Assembly: GCA_977030845.1 (NCBI GenBank)
Contig: OZ365116.1
Coordinates: 13,826,001 to 13,890,000, forward strand
Reading direction: 5' to 3'
Length of the DNA: 64,000 bases
DNA from: Fimbriosthenelais zetlandica
Taxonomy: Eukaryota
Positions 1 through 14,577 of this stretch are shown one piece after another. How positions within the stretch are numbered: position 1 is the first letter of the stretch; every line of letters starts with the position of its first letter. The notes beneath the pieces were generated by a model. The model did no database searches, was not told the origin of the DNA, and saw only the letters and a program-made list of their open reading frames with translations. The translations under genes were made by a program, and so were the position numbers.

Positions 1-1752
1 GCTTTGTTGAGTCCTGCATAGGAACAAAATGTTAGTGGGAAACGCCAGCTTGTTTTAATTGTAAACTGTAAAAAAGAGCGGCTGGAAGCTGTTTATACTG
101 GCTTCACACTGTAAAACCAGGTAAAAGATGGCCAGTTAAATTTACATTACTCATCTGCTGGCCACTCTAACAATTCTCCACTTGCTCTTCCCACTATTTT
201 CTGACACTAACATTGTCCATTTATGCCCCCGAAGGTACCTCAGAATGGTATTTATATGCCACAAAATATTCGTTATTAATCATATAGCTCTAGTGGAAAA
301 TGGAAGGTACATATCCTTTATATATACAGGTATATGGTCTCCACTTGATGCTGATATTCTGGTGCGGGCAAAGAGAATAAATCAATGTTAGCAGAGAGCA
401 AGACACAGATCCAAGGACATTTAGGAGCGAGATATTGACGGCATTATATTGTGCTCACCTATATAGAATGGGAGAGATATATGCTGACGAAAGTTAAATG
501 CATTTGTAATTCATTTCATCCTGAATTCAAAAAGAAACCTACAAAAAGTTGAAAGAATTTAAAACCTGTCTTTCTGTGAACAAATCCACCTAAGGTCCTG
601 CACAGAACAATTAATGCTTCTCAAGCTGATGATTTGTCATTCTTTACAGCCCCTCTGACAAGCAATTCATTAAAGCTTTTACAACCCTGCACTCAGCCTC
701 AAGCTAGCCCAAAAAGTGGCCATCTTTGTCAATTGCTTGTTCGCTCCCTCCGGGGATGGGCACTCAAGAGTGGGAGGAAGGTACTGAACATTTTCCAAGA
801 AGACGAATTGGGCAACTCCGATATGAATGACTGATTCTATCCCTCCAAGAAGCAGACCTTTTTAATTCATATTCCCAAGCCTAGTATTCGAGAGTTTGAT
901 ATTTTTCTTTAAATGTTTATGCCCTGCAGCCTTTTGTGAACTTAAGAACAAAATTGGCAAGCATGTATGCAAGGGACAGCCTCCACAAGGCCTGTTTGGT
1001 GGAGATATCCGAGTCTTTCTATTTTCAATGCCCTCCATTTCCATTCAGCCTGGGAACTTATCAAAGGCTGTGAGGGGGATTGAATTATGTACCCTGTTCA
1101 TGGAACCCTGAACTTGATCGGTGAAGAGAAGGGTTGGTGACACTAGGATGCATTGGAAATGGAGATTGGTTAAGATGGGCTCTGATACAATAAAGCAAGA
1201 CGCAGAGGGAACCCGAGATGCTTGTAAGATGTAGGCACATTAATAAAACACCCCTATATTGTTTCTTATTAAATTACCATTCATGAGAAAGTGCTCATCT
1301 ACAGTATAGTCATCAATAATCAATTCTTGCCCTTAAATTGCAAAGAAATTGTTCCTTTCTTGGTCAATTCAGATGAACTTGGCCGATGGCCGTTTGTGAG
1401 TTTGGGTCAATATGACTACATGTTTCACTCATGTCCTTTTGTGCAATGAGCAAACGACCTTCAGTGAGATGTGAGATGAGAGGATGTGTTACCATGACGA
1501 TGAGTATGATGAGAGGAAGCAGAGTGCCCTCCTCCTTCTTTATCTTCTTACAAGTGGACCAGGTGTCTGAGGGGGCATAGATCACTTCCGGGTCAAGGCT
1601 GAACTCTGGACCCTTCATCTCCTGTCACTGCTGTGTCGACAGGAACAACTGGTAACAGGGGTCAAGGCATTAATATACATTTATACAAATGGCTGCCATC
1701 ATTGATATATTCAATGCTTCCCATTCATGCTCTTAACTGTTTCCCTGCTGTG

Positions 1753-1886
1753 NNNNNNNNNNNNNNNNNNNNNNNNNNNNNNNNNNNNNNNNNNNNNNNN
1801 NNNNNNNNNNNNNNNNNNNNNNNNNNNNNNNNNNNNNNNNNNNNNNNNNNNNNNNNNNNNNNNNNNNNNNNNNNNNNNNNNNNNNN
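1753..1886. other. Assembly gap (134 N)
   Basis: Run of N. ORFs spanning it in the track are artefacts. Confidence 1.
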
Positions 1887-4800
1887 CACAGAGACCATAT
1901 AACGTTATAGGGTCTATCCCCTCCTCCTCTCGCCCCTCTCCCCTGCTATTTACCTTCCTGGCGTGTTGCAAAAGCGAAAAGGGCCTGATCAAACAGCGCT
2001 GTTAAAATTCTGATTGCATTATGTGCAAAACAAACTGAGCCCAAAAATGGATACGTGACGACCAAACATCTAGTGTTACCTAAATACATGCATTAATCAT
2101 CAAGCTCTCTATATTATAGCTGAGGTCTGTATTATGTCCCTCGATCCATGTCAGTCAGCTGGTATGCAATATTATGCATTCAAATCTCCCCTCCCATGCC
2201 GATTCACAGCAAAGGTATCTCCATGAAATATTTATGTATCAATTTCTTTTAAAATTCAGCACTTAACTCAATTGAATCTAAGCACTTACAATGCGGCTTC
2301 AAGTTTGAAAATATGCAACTTGAAAGTATGCTTTTTATAAGGAAATAACACCGACGTTTCCTGTTGTGAGCTGCTCCCGGGGAGTAGTTGCTGCAGTCTT
2401 TCACCCACCATGCACACTCCCACCCACCCACCCACCCATACACTGTGTGTCTACATCCAATTATCTAAAGAGAGAATCTGATACAAACTGGGCCAGACAT
2501 TAAATGGCTTCACTATGTCCACCTTCCATTATTCTCACCTACACAGGAAAGGTAATAACTGTTGGAATCATGTGTTTTTATAAAGGGACATTCTCTATGC
2601 AAACATTCATCATTTTAATTAAGTTCATGGAGCTGCTCTTAAAAGACTAGCTTCATGAGGCGCTCATGTCTGTGGGACAATTCATAAACTGTCATGTCTA
2701 TCTGAAAATTATTTATGGGTGGTAAGAGCATCGCTTCAATGAAGAGATGCTTCAAAGTGAAGGGAGTAGGGATGGTGGAGATGGGTATGTATATTATAAT
2801 GGTATGTTAAGCCAATTAGTTTTACAGAACATGAGGTGTCAAGCATGAGTAATTCATCCATGGACACAGCTTTCTCCCTTCACCTTGTCTCATATTTTCC
2901 CATGCTTCATATGCTACATACATTATCTCACCTAGTCCATTTCACAGAAGACTGGTGACATGAATTGAAGCAAATATTTTGCTAAAGATTTAGTCCTCTG
3001 ACATATGTATTCAGCGTCCTAATCTAGAATGGTCTTAATGAGCCATTTATGTCATTAGTAAGCACAGGTGTTTAGCTGTCTGGTCTTTACTAAAAGGAAG
3101 ACTCTAGCAGCGACCCTGAGACTGCTGAGGGATTCTCACATGGCTCTAAATGGAGACAGATGCCATTTCTTGCCTATTCTGTGAGCGCTGTTAACCTCAC
3201 AGTCTCAGACTCTCTCTCCCTCTCTCCTCCCTCTCCCCATCTCATTCCCGCATTCACGGCTTTGTAAGGCATTACCTCTGCTTCTGCCTCTGCGGTTCAT
3301 AGGATTAAAACTAGCCGCATAAGGAAATGACAGGAATCAAATTCTCCTGAAAAATGTAAATGTCAATGTGCTTAGACAGGATGCTGCAGATTTGCATAAG
3401 GTGAATAGACCCATAGTTGTTCCTGACAAAGCCAAGGAGACATCTCTCCAGCATATGCTCGGGTTTATAATCCTCCATCTACATTGTAAAACAGTCTGTA
3501 GGCACCTGGAGGCTATAGAAATCACAAAATAGTGCAAAGATATTGAAATTAAGACATTTGCCTTTGCTTCTCTCTGTCATAAATGGGACAGCATTGAGAA
3601 GGGTGGTCTGAATAGTGTTACATCTGTCTGGAATCTCGTCCGCTGTAAGAACAAGTCCCAAGCTGACAGTAGTCGCAACTGTTGCGCATTAAAAATACTC
3701 TTTCCACTCCTTGTATGAACACAACCAAGACATCCCTCGTGTATCATTGACTTCAATTCGAGCTTAAATCATTATACACATTCTCGCTTACTCGCTTACA
3801 TTTGTCAGACGAAAGTGAGATAAGATTTTTCAGGGGCTGAGATTGAGGTTTCTAGGGAAGCACAAGAAGTGGTGAAGGTTTGCTAATTGGAGTCAAGCGG
3901 TCGTACGCCTGTCTCAATGGATAGTCGACATGAATGCGACTCAATTATGGCTTCAGTATTGGGTGGAGGCAGGGCTCAATATGAAGAGCAAATAGAGCCT
4001 CAGTGTGAGGAATAGGCCAGCAGAAATGGAGGCCACTATATCAATGCTAGATGTGTTTGTCTCTATATGCATTTACTGTGCTGATATTCATGCACAAATC
4101 TAAAGTGTTTGTATTCATTTGCAATCGTGACTGCATATGCCCTAAAATTAGAAGTATAGGTCGTGTATGCTATAGATTCTAGACTCGATTTTTACTATCA
4201 TTTCCACTATTCTAACCAAAAGTGATTCCGCATCTGTAACCACGGCAGTTAAAAATGAATCATTCCCCATCACCTTTATCGTATTGATCAGACTAATTCG
4301 ATCCCATCAGAAGGAAAACTTCATTAATCAGAATAAAGACTTTCCATTTCCATTGCCTTTTTCCCATGATTTTTTTTTATGAAACGAGCAATTTAAATCA
4401 AATTCCCCAAATGTAATTGTCCTGCTTCAGAGGACACATTACATTGTTCGTCTTCACTGTAAAACTGAGAGAAGGATTCTCACTCTTAGATTTCTCACAG
4501 TGTATTGAATATCACGGTAATTATTCTCACATGTCTCAGCATCGTTTACCTTTTATGCGGTATCTCTGCGGATCCAGCCAGTGAGACATGGCCGCGGACC
4601 TTTTTGCCCGGCCATCATGCCTAAATTATTTGCGGTTGCCCCAACATTGCAATTTCTTCCATGGAATTTAATCGCCACGGTGCTCTTTTTTCTTGTCAAT
4701 TAGCATAAGCAATCTGTGTAATTTGATACGGGGGTCACCATTCCTGATCTTTAAACTAAAGAAACCTCATTTTTCCCCGTTGTAACAACATTGGGATTTT

Positions 4801-6695
4801 AAACTTGTCAACACGATATGAGCAGATATTCATTGCAATCAATCCATGCTTTTTCTAGCCATCATTTATCCAATCTTTCCACCAGCATGGCTCGCGATTT
4901 TTTGTTTAAACAAATGGCCATGCAATTCATGGATATGGATTATGTAAATCAATGTGCTCCATTTAGCACTTTTCTCCAACATTGAGCGCTTGTAATTCTC
5001 TCCTTTATTTCTGACATATATCCAATTGACATGAGACAAACCTGATCAGTTTGTCTTGGGATATAACTGAACAGAACAGTTAATGCTGGAGGGTAGAATG
5101 GATTGGTAGAGAGCTATAATGAGTAATGCGAGTTGCTCGCTTTAGCTCCTCTAATTATGATCAGCTCCATCCTGTCACCAGTTGTTCCCTTCACCACTAC
5201 CCTAACCACCCACCACTACAACCAAAACAGCATCATCCCTAAACACCCATCACATGCAATGTTGTCCAACTTATTTGCCCAACTCCTGACATATTTGTCC
5301 CTCAATTCTTGCCCCTGGGCCGCCAGTGCATGCCAGTGTTTGCAGTTGTTCCTGCAGTCAAAACACACGCGAGGCCAGGCGGTGCTCATAGACATGCCCT
5401 CCGGTCACGATCCCAGGCACGCCCAGACCAGCCTCTGTCACGTGTGGTTAAGGTCTAATAACCTGACCACTTCCTGAGTGGGAGAATCCCCAATGATGTG
5501 CCATCAAAGCTGGCCCCCACACAGGTCGCATCTCATCCACCTCTTCCTCCTGTTGCATGGTTGGGAAGGGAGATGGCCATCTCAGGTTCAACCACTGTTT
5601 GCCAAATGGAAAGTCTCATGTTAGTTTGGTTGCTTCCGATTTATTAGAAAAGCATGTGAAATATTTTATTATACAAACTAATTCATGATTGAATATAATC
5701 CGAAGAAAGTTAGTGACAATTTGCCCCGTATTATATATTTGAAATTGTCACTGTTGGCGGAAGCGTGCAATTAATTTTGATTGATGGTGAATAGATTTTA
5801 TGTCACGCAGACAAGGCTAATTGGATTCTCAATCAATTAAAGGAACTTTAATGAGGGGTCAGACACAAAGGGCGCCTGGTCTGAAACATAATTAATGTTA
5901 CATAACTTCACTGAAACTGCCTTAACCCAAATATCCTAACTTCAAACATTACATCCTGATTTACTCAATATTACGAGAAACATCAAGTATAAATACATAA
6001 TGACCAACCACTCAAACCCCAGTCACTGGCAATTTACATTTTGGTGAGAGCTTGAGCGCCGCAGTTCAACATAACAGAAATTCAGTATTTATCTGAATTC
6101 CATTACAAGCACCAAGTGGTGGATCTGTGGCGGGAGATGGAGGACAATGAGGTACATATGTAGTAATGGCATGTATTTGTAATTGAATTCTGTATGGTGT
6201 ATAGCCACAGTCTATGCACCTGGCATTAGATTAAGCCATGCGTGAGGGGTGTAGATTGTAAAGCTGTTAGCTCGTGAATTATTCATTCACCAATGAAAGG
6301 TCAGCACGTAGCTCGTGCTGGTTCTCTATTTGTATGTATTTTTTTCTTTGGGTGTGTTTACGTGATTCAGAGACAGTACTTTAGGGTTGAGAGTGGCATT
6401 AATTGCCAGTATGTCTTTACTTCACTTGTTAATAGTCCCTTGATATTTCCACAGGGATGCCTTGTGTTTTCTCTCTTGGCTCCTTTCGCATTCTTGAACA
6501 ACTTGCGAAACTAAACATACACTTCTCCATTGAAAAAAAAAACTCTTTATTTTCTGTCTTTAACCCTGATCAAATTCCTTATTGTATGGAGATGCCCACC
6601 TAAACTCCTCACATAGAAAGATCAGAAAGAGAAGGAGCGCCCCCTAAGTGCTGCTAACTGGAATACCTAATTCCGCCACATTTATTTTTTGTCAG

Positions 6696-6811
6696 TTACC
6701 CTGATTAAATGCAGCCATCTTTTCTGTATGTTACCCTGATTAAATGCAGCCATCTTTTCTGTATGTTACCCTGATTAAATGCGGCCATCTTTTCTGTATT
6801 TTACCCTGATT
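6696..6811. repeat. Minisatellite, 35-bp unit x3.3
   Basis: TTACCCTGATTAAATGCAGCCATCTTTTCTGTATG starting at 6696, 6731 and 6766, plus a partial copy at 6801. Confidence 0.95.
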
Positions 6812-9800
6812 GACTTCCATTCTCTATGGAAATGCCCACCTACACTTTTCCCTGATATAACATTTGTTCTTCATGGTTCTTTAAGACCTACTCACCATGA
6901 AGCCAGGGAAGGAGTATATATACAGCAGAGATCCGGGTGAAGTACTTGACTGAGGGAGGTGCTAAGCTTACATCACTATGTAACATAAAACTTGATTTTT
7001 ACGAGCTCACTGGTGCCTGCCGCCAATTGCCTGTCAAGTAGCAGAATTGAAAAGCTTGACCCGAGGGAGATATATGCTGAAATCTATTATCATGACCTCA
7101 GATACATTTATATAGACTAAAAACATGGTTCAAAGGCCTAGTGTTTACTGGAAATGTCCCTTGATTATCTTCTGTAATGTGTTTAGGCCCCAGACACCTC
7201 GAGTTATGATTACCAATTCATATCAATGAAAAAACTCACGGTGGAAATCAGCAACACCTGTATGTATACAAATCAAGTAGTGAGGGTAAATGGAGATTTA
7301 TTCCCACCTACACTTGCCACACTTTTGCTCATGGCCTGGAGATTATTTTTACAGAGCCTGGAGCCCTCTTTTTTGAACAGTTTGTATATTTAGTCTCTGC
7401 CAAATTTATGGAGAACTTTCATCCGGGTCGCTCGTTAACCAACTGGACGTTTTCCCTTCGTTAGCAGGGAGTAAAACTTCCAGGTATTGTACAAAGAATA
7501 TCCTCACTGCTGTACGTATAATACAACTCCACCTCATTTTTTTCTTGTTTGACATTTTTATTGCTCATAGGCAAAAGAACTGACATCAGGCATAGCCTGG
7601 TTTTCTTGACGGAACAACAAAAATTATTGCACATAATTGGCTGGTATACTTGGTATACTTTTGATTTCAAGAAATCAGTGGCTTTTGTCTTACTAGAAAC
7701 ATAAAATAACAGTTTCTAGTTTGATGGCTGGGGAGGATGGAATGTCGGGGCTGTGCGTCAATTTATGACATTGATATTGAAGTAAAATCTGGCGCTGGCT
7801 CTGGTGTTCCGCCCGTGATTTAATGCAGTAATTCTCCAGCTTTGCTGATCCAGCTGGGTGCCATAAATCGTTTTGAGCTTCTTTTAACAATGTAACTCAT
7901 TGACCATTTACTGTGATGATTAAATAACCAGGGTGTTCCCCACTCCCACCAGTCATCCTACCTTCTGCCAGTCATAGAACATGATTGATAATTATCCTCA
8001 CTTTTTAGTGATCACAGATAGATTTGATATTAAATAAAAGCCCAACAAAAGATATTTATTATATTCAGAATGTAATTGTAATAAAAATGGAGCTAAATTA
8101 ATGAGAGTTTTGTCGTATGAAGGCTATCGTTTTTCCGGGCCTTCCCCTGTATTGAAGAACCACTGATACCCCCTTCTTGCTGAAGCTCCTCAGCTGGCAG
8201 CCGTAATGTAAGACCGCTGTCCATCGATTACTTAAATCTGCTTAATCCTTCACGCTTAATGTGAGCAGACCTTTGGCTGTGCACAATGATCCATCCCCTA
8301 CTATTGTTCTACCTCCCAGCATTTTCTTTCATGACAATTTTATTGAGGGATAATTTTTGAAATGTTACAAGATCCATGCATATGAACATGTTGGTCTTTA
8401 ACTTTAAGTGTTAATAGACACAAGGACTTGCCACTGCCATGACCCTTATCCATTGATTCTTGGATACTTAGATAGTTATCAGCAAGGGAATTGTTATAAG
8501 ATTTAAGGGGAGAGTGCCATGTTGAATATTGGGAGTACTCAGCAGGGAGGAATAACTTATCAGTTATAGTATTATACTATTGCACTATGGCTGAATATAT
8601 GACCATTCTGCTGAGCTACATAAGAACTACTCTGCACCGCCTAAACCGCTGACAATGTGAAAATGCTGGATTGCTTTGCTAATAACCTTGATGGAAAATA
8701 ACAACTGCTCGATATTCTCAGCAGCCAGAGTTAATTTAAACATCCATGTGGTGCAAAACGATTAAAGTTTGCCTCAAGACTGGCCTTCAATTGTTATTTA
8801 TCTTAATTCCCATCAGATCTAATGAGGAAAGTTTTGCTGGAGCAGCAGAAAAAAAACTGTTCTTTTTCCTGCTTGCTCCTTGTAGGGAGGACTTCCTCGG
8901 GGAGCTATAAAGCTGAACAAGGCCTTTTTTCCTCCAGCTGCTTCTGCTGATAGGCTGTTTTCCTGGGACCTGTAGTCCATGTTCTGAAGAGTGAGAACGT
9001 GTTTAGTGGGTAAGATGGAGTGAGAAAGCGGACTAAATCCCTGTAGACCCACACATCCATGTATGCCTCACACGCCTCATGTGTCCCTCCTCCCCCCGTC
9101 CTCACTCATTGAGGTCTTACTCAGTGTAATTATCATCTGGAGTCTTACACCAGGGTGAACACCCACAACCACTGAGAAAGGACAACAAGCCATCCATTCA
9201 TTTAACCTCTTTGTTGGAGGATGAGATGGAATGAGTGAGGTCTGTACATCTTTAAGGTGTTACTTTGGGCGTGGTTTATAATTAGCTGTACAGAAATGTA
9301 CTTCCTTATATTGACCCTGCTCAGTGCTGAATTCCTATCTATTTCTGTAACAATACTATAGATTTACTTATGTCTGAATCCAGTGTAAGGAACTAGACAG
9401 ACTTAACTCTGTCTATTATCTGTATAGAAATGTCATATGGATAATAGTACAAAGCTTTGTATTTATCTGAAAGAGCAGACATAGTCTCCTTATTTTTAGA
9501 GGGAGAGAAACTAATAGAAACAAATGAACTATTTGTCTTAACCCTGCTGTCCTTGATTGAGAAGAATGGAGTGTAAGAATGGACTTCATCTGGTCGGCCG
9601 GGCTCGGGCTTTGTGTGAATGAAGAAAGCAGCTTACAGAGGCTGTATGTGTCTCACATTAGGCAGAAAAGCCAGATTGGATGATCTTTTTCAGCCAATTG
9701 ATCGCCGTGACAATTGCCTACTGGATATTGGTGCGGAAGCAATCCGTTATCCATTCACAGTCCATTACTGACTGTCTGCCCTCCCACACACCACTGTCTG

Positions 9801-10678
9801 CCATGACAGGCCAATACTTGACCAGGATTAAAGTACTGCTTACCATGCCCCATCCTGGTCCTGATCTCAATATTCAACCCATGTACTCTAATGTCTATGT
9901 ACTCTAATTATCTGTCCATGCACTCATTGTCTTCCCATACTTCCATAAAACAGACAATTCCCTCCTCCAAACCCACCCGCCTCATAGTTTTGATTTCACA
10001 GTCGAGATAGGAGAGGTCTCATCATTAGTTAGTTTTAACAAAATAAAAGAATCAAAGACTTGCGCAAGTCTAAACGCACTCTTTTCAGTCAGATATCTAG
10101 TTATTTTTCTATGGTTTAGAGGTCGGAGGAGTGGACCATCAAGTACAAAACAAGCCTCTATTTCTCAACTAGTTACCACCTGTTGAGTGACATAACGGAC
10201 TAAGAGCCACTCACAAAAGCTCGGGTATAAATCCCTGGGGGCGGTGTAATTGCTATTCCCGGGATTCACTCAATCCCACGGTTAACCCCTTTAGATATTA
10301 CAGTAGGCTCCATGGATGTGCTGGTGTCACCCGCCAATTGATTATACCTCTACCTCCCACCACCTGAAAACTGTATGCTGGTCTTATATAGGCTACAGTA
10401 CATGATACGATTATGTTTATATTAATCTGAAAGGAGTTTCTAGAAAGAAGCTTGAAGGACTGTAGTATGTTCTAGCCTCTTTCGTTTGTAATCAATCACT
10501 ATCAGTGCTGGTCCTTTTCCTATGTGCTAAATAGAATACAAAAGTGTTTAGGCTATATGGAAGCTTGGACATCCCAATCTGACTGTGCCACTTTGTCCCC
10601 CGACAAGCCCTACTAGATAAAATATATCCTTATGGATATAAAGACCGGAGCTACCCAGTTTATAATAAAAAAAATAGT

Positions 10679-10725
10679 AAATATTTCAATATAAAAATAT
10701 TTCAATATAAAAATATTTCAATATA
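10679..10725. repeat. AT-rich tandem repeat, 16-bp unit x3
   Basis: AATATTTCAATATAAA repeated. Confidence 0.9.
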
Positions 10726-12446
10726 TAAATAATTGAATATTGCATATATGAAGATTGTCTAAGTTATAAATCTGTGATTAATGTATTAAAGCACCAGATC
10801 TATGGTATCGTGTATTATACCGGCCAGCCCATGTGTTTGATCCTCACCCACTTACTCTCTGTGCATGTGTTTGACGTGGTATTACTCGGACAAGAGCTCT
10901 GTTAGTCATGCCGTGTTGACTAAGATATATTGCAGGATGGAACCAGCGATTGGGACCTTCTCTAGCCGTGGCTTGAGAAAAAATCCCCCTATCTGTACAT
11001 ATAGACCTAGCTGGTGTAGGCCAGCCGCTGTCATCCCGACCAGACGGAACAAGGCCCGGCTTCAGGAACAACCCTCTCTTATTCCAATTACATATACTGA
11101 ACACATATGCATTTTTACAGCCCTCGGTGTCAGTGCTTTCCCTAAAAAATGGAGCATACAAAAAAGTTTTGCGCTCCCTTCTCAAAGAGTAGTTTCAAAG
11201 TGAGAGATTGTTCGACTCTTTGAAAGTTATCCATATTTGTCACGGATTTATTTTATATTAATTTATATTAACCATTTTATTTTTTTCATATTCGTCAGGC
11301 GATTTATTTGATATTAATTGCCGTAATCCCAATAATGAATTTCGTTTTAATAATAAAGACTTATATATAACCAAGCACGCCTACACAGTGCTGGGTTGAG
11401 GGAGGTTGATATTAACATTAACCTGCCTTATTTGTCAGTAATAACGCCCAACTAGCTGATGATAATAAGCATCATGAAGAGGGAACCTTTTTTGATCTTA
11501 CTCTATAATTACCATCCTAAAAGGTCTTGAAGACAAGCATGTCTTTGGTCTAACCACACACCACATATCTATTAGTCTCCACCAGCCTGTTTTACAAGCC
11601 TACAAGTGATGCTCTGGGTCAAAATGATCGGCCATTTTTTACCTCCCAGACACTGCCAACTCCAATAGTAATAAATGCGACCAGTATTCCATGTGCTCCA
11701 GGCGGAAATAGTATCCCGTCAATATCTCCGACCATAATAATCCATTCCGAATATATTTGGTTAGTCCATGAACCTTGATTAGGACTGCCTTGTCATTAGG
11801 GCCGTAAAAAACATCCAGTTAGCTGACCTTAATTTAACTCTGAACATTTGATCAGGAATAATTTTAGAATTTAAAAAAGTACATCAACCAAGTATCCCTG
11901 CATTTTTGCCTCACGGAAATGGAAACACAATTTATTTTTTCGGCCTTATGTCCACTAACATAGTTGTGTTTGAGGAAGCTTTTGTTTAGACTGACATTAT
12001 GGGACCCACCCAAAGACCATGGACAAATTAAGCCATGAGGGGTAATTGTGGTGGACCAGGCAATGCTTGACATTTGATCCACTAATTGTTTTGCCTCCTC
12101 AGACGCTGACTTGAGCAAGAAGGTAATTGCCATCTAGAGATGATCTTTTCAGGTCTCTTATCTCTTGTCTCTTACTGAATAAAGGGCAGCTTAGATATGC
12201 CTGCACTCAGCTAATTTACATCTATAAGGGCTACCTCCTCACTATAGCTCCGTGAGGCCACTGTGTCTCGCTTTTAATTTCTTAAAATAATTGCTCTGAA
12301 AGTAAAAACTTTTGATATCTGACCTAATTAACCTTAAAGAAAGGTCATCAACCTGCTGTGTCCTGTGCACAACTTCTGATGATGCAACAATTCAGGGTTG
12401 ATTAAATACTGCTTATTACATAATTCATATCAAACATATCAAACAT

Positions 12447-12535
12447 CCTCCATATTTGCCCCTGTCATTTTCCTCCCCAGTGCTGCTAACTGGGTTATCA
12501 AAATCCGGCCATGTCTCAATGTGGCATGTAAAAGA
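12447..12535 (+). repeat. Dispersed repeat, copy 1 (unclassified)
   Basis: 42-bp core CTCCCCAGTGCTGC(T/C)AACTGGGTTATCAAAATCCGGCCATGT is 41/42 identical to the copy at 50.7 kb; flanks CCTCCA.ATTTGCCC and GGCATGTAAAAGA are also shared. Confidence 0.85.
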
Positions 12536-14141
12536 CACATTTCTGCCATCATGTCAACAAACATCTGTTACCACCTCGTGGAAGCATGAGTAACCCTGGT
12601 TGTTACTCTGACATCCAACATGACGGCTATAAATTCATAGTGAGCAATTGCATGACATCATGAGAAAACATAAAAAACAAAAATAATACACAAGTGATCC
12701 GATCGATCAATTCCTGATGGTAAGAAGCTGTCGGGGAAACGTATTGGCAAGTTTTATCCATTGGGACAGTTATAAACTGATTGATGTAGGTCTGATCTCA
12801 TCAATTGGATCAAGCCTGAGAGATCGATAGTGAGGAAGCCATTTGTCACAAGTCAATGACTGCTAGGAGCCAGTGTTGATGGTGCCTAAGCTCATTATTG
12901 TTTTTGGGGGGCTTTGGTTTTAGCATCATTGGCTGGCCAGAGCTCGCATGTTGCGTGGTGGGCTCATGTGGGCAATGTTACAGTAAATAGCTTGACCCAG
13001 CTTTGCTCATTTCCTCACCAAGCCACTGATCTCAGCCTCGGCCATGATTTTATTGCCATGCCTTCATTCCTGATCTCTCTCACGTCATAAAGCGTGAGTT
13101 GGTTCAGTGTTTATGTCATCTCATCATGTGTGAAGATTTCCCTATTGTTTCTCATTGTCACGTACAACCATTTCCTTATCAACCCACGGATTCATCCCCA
13201 GTGGCTAATATCGAGTCATTGGAAAATATCGATTTTTTGAGTGAATTATAGGCCGACCAACTCTGAAAATCCTTTGTCAGTCATTGGTACTTTTAAGGTT
13301 TCAATCCCCCCTACAAAGATATGCCAAAAATACATTGTGACCAAAATCCAATGAGTGATTATTTTGAGCATGATGTATAGCTTGAATCATTGCCCCCATC
13401 AGGCCTTACCTTAATACTAAGCAGCCTTTCAATATTTAGCTCCCCTCCTACCCCGCACATCAGTACGGGGCTTTCCCTGCTCCCCCGCTTCCTGACCTCC
13501 CCTCTCTTTCACATGGCATTGGTGGACTTGGCCCACGCAACCCCCTCATCCATCTTAGACCTTGGCCTGCACAACCTATAGCTGCCCAATGAGTTAAGGA
13601 GCTGCGGTAAGGGAGAGCCTGAGGGATGATGGATTTTTATGCTGATTACGGCTTCATTGGTCATTACTAGGGGTAAGAAGGTGAGGGTCAGCTATGTCAG
13701 GTGTAGGTGTAGCGGGTTCATTGATTTAACACTGACTAGTCAGGGAAAGACGTGACACTAACGCTTTCCTCTCACCCACCTAAAATGATGAATTCCGGAG
13801 GCATCCCAGACCCATGGATCATCAAATCCCAATGTCCTTCCCTTGCCACCTACATGCTGCAGACATGGGGGGTCTATAGACATTTGAATGACATAACTTC
13901 ATACTGTCTAAAAACCACAATCATATATGGCCTCTCCAATTTGAATTTCTTCATTTTCAATTATATATATCATCTCCAGGACGGAAATAGGCCCAGTTCC
14001 GTCACACCATCTCAATTACATAGCCTGTAGGAGGGAGCATTAGAGCGATGAGGCGCAGGGGGTCCAGGATTTATAGCCTATTATCAGCCATTCATTCATT
14101 ATAATTTACTAATATCCACGTGCAGTTCACATTGGATGCTG

Positions 14142-14577
14142 CAGGGTGTAAAATTGGGGGTGCGGCATGCGGCATGCCGCATTATTTTTGCTGCGGGCGC
14201 ATCCACATGATGGCCCTGTGCGCCCGCCGGGCGCATTGGATGATTTGCCTTCTTGCCCTTAATCTCGCCCTTCCAGCTTCAGATATGGCCTGCATGCCCA
14301 AGATTTCGCTCTACATGCCCAAGATTTGGACAAAACCTGGATTTGCCTGGCCGAGATCTGGCTTTTCCAGGCCAAGAATTGGTAGATGTTACTGGAGTAG
14401 AGCGATGCTTACAGTAGCACAACATGAAAGTCTTTTAATTTAAAAATTGATTTCTACCCCATAGATAGTGCCGCGATTATACAAATGCGGGCGCACTGAA
14501 AAAAATGCGGGCGCATTGGACAGGGGGAATCTGCGCCCGCAGGGCGCACTGTGTCTCATCCCCAATTTTACACCCTG
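14142..14577. mobile_element. Non-autonomous DNA transposon (MITE, 436 bp), hAT-like termini, 5-bp TSD (hAT5-like)
   Basis: Perfect 18-bp TIRs CAGGGTGTAAAATTGGGG (14142-14159 and 14560-14577) flanked by direct repeat TGCTG (14137-14141 and 14578-14582). Subterminal motif TGCGGGCGCA occurs in both orientations near both ends (14192, 14219 rc, 14486, 14506, 14532 rc). CpG-rich relative to the flanks; no transposase. Confidence 0.85.

Noticed and set aside
1633-2005. Three ORFs of about 90 aa
   Set aside because: They span the N gap and are artefacts.
8887-9009. + strand acceptor/donor pair as a coding exon
   Set aside because: Stops in all three frames; illustrates the chance rate of such pairs.
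11640-11815. Protein-looking minus frames (DVFYGPNDKAVLIKVHGL...; EWIIMVGDIDG...)
   Set aside because: In-frame stops fall between the candidate acceptors and the open stretch; no family recognised.
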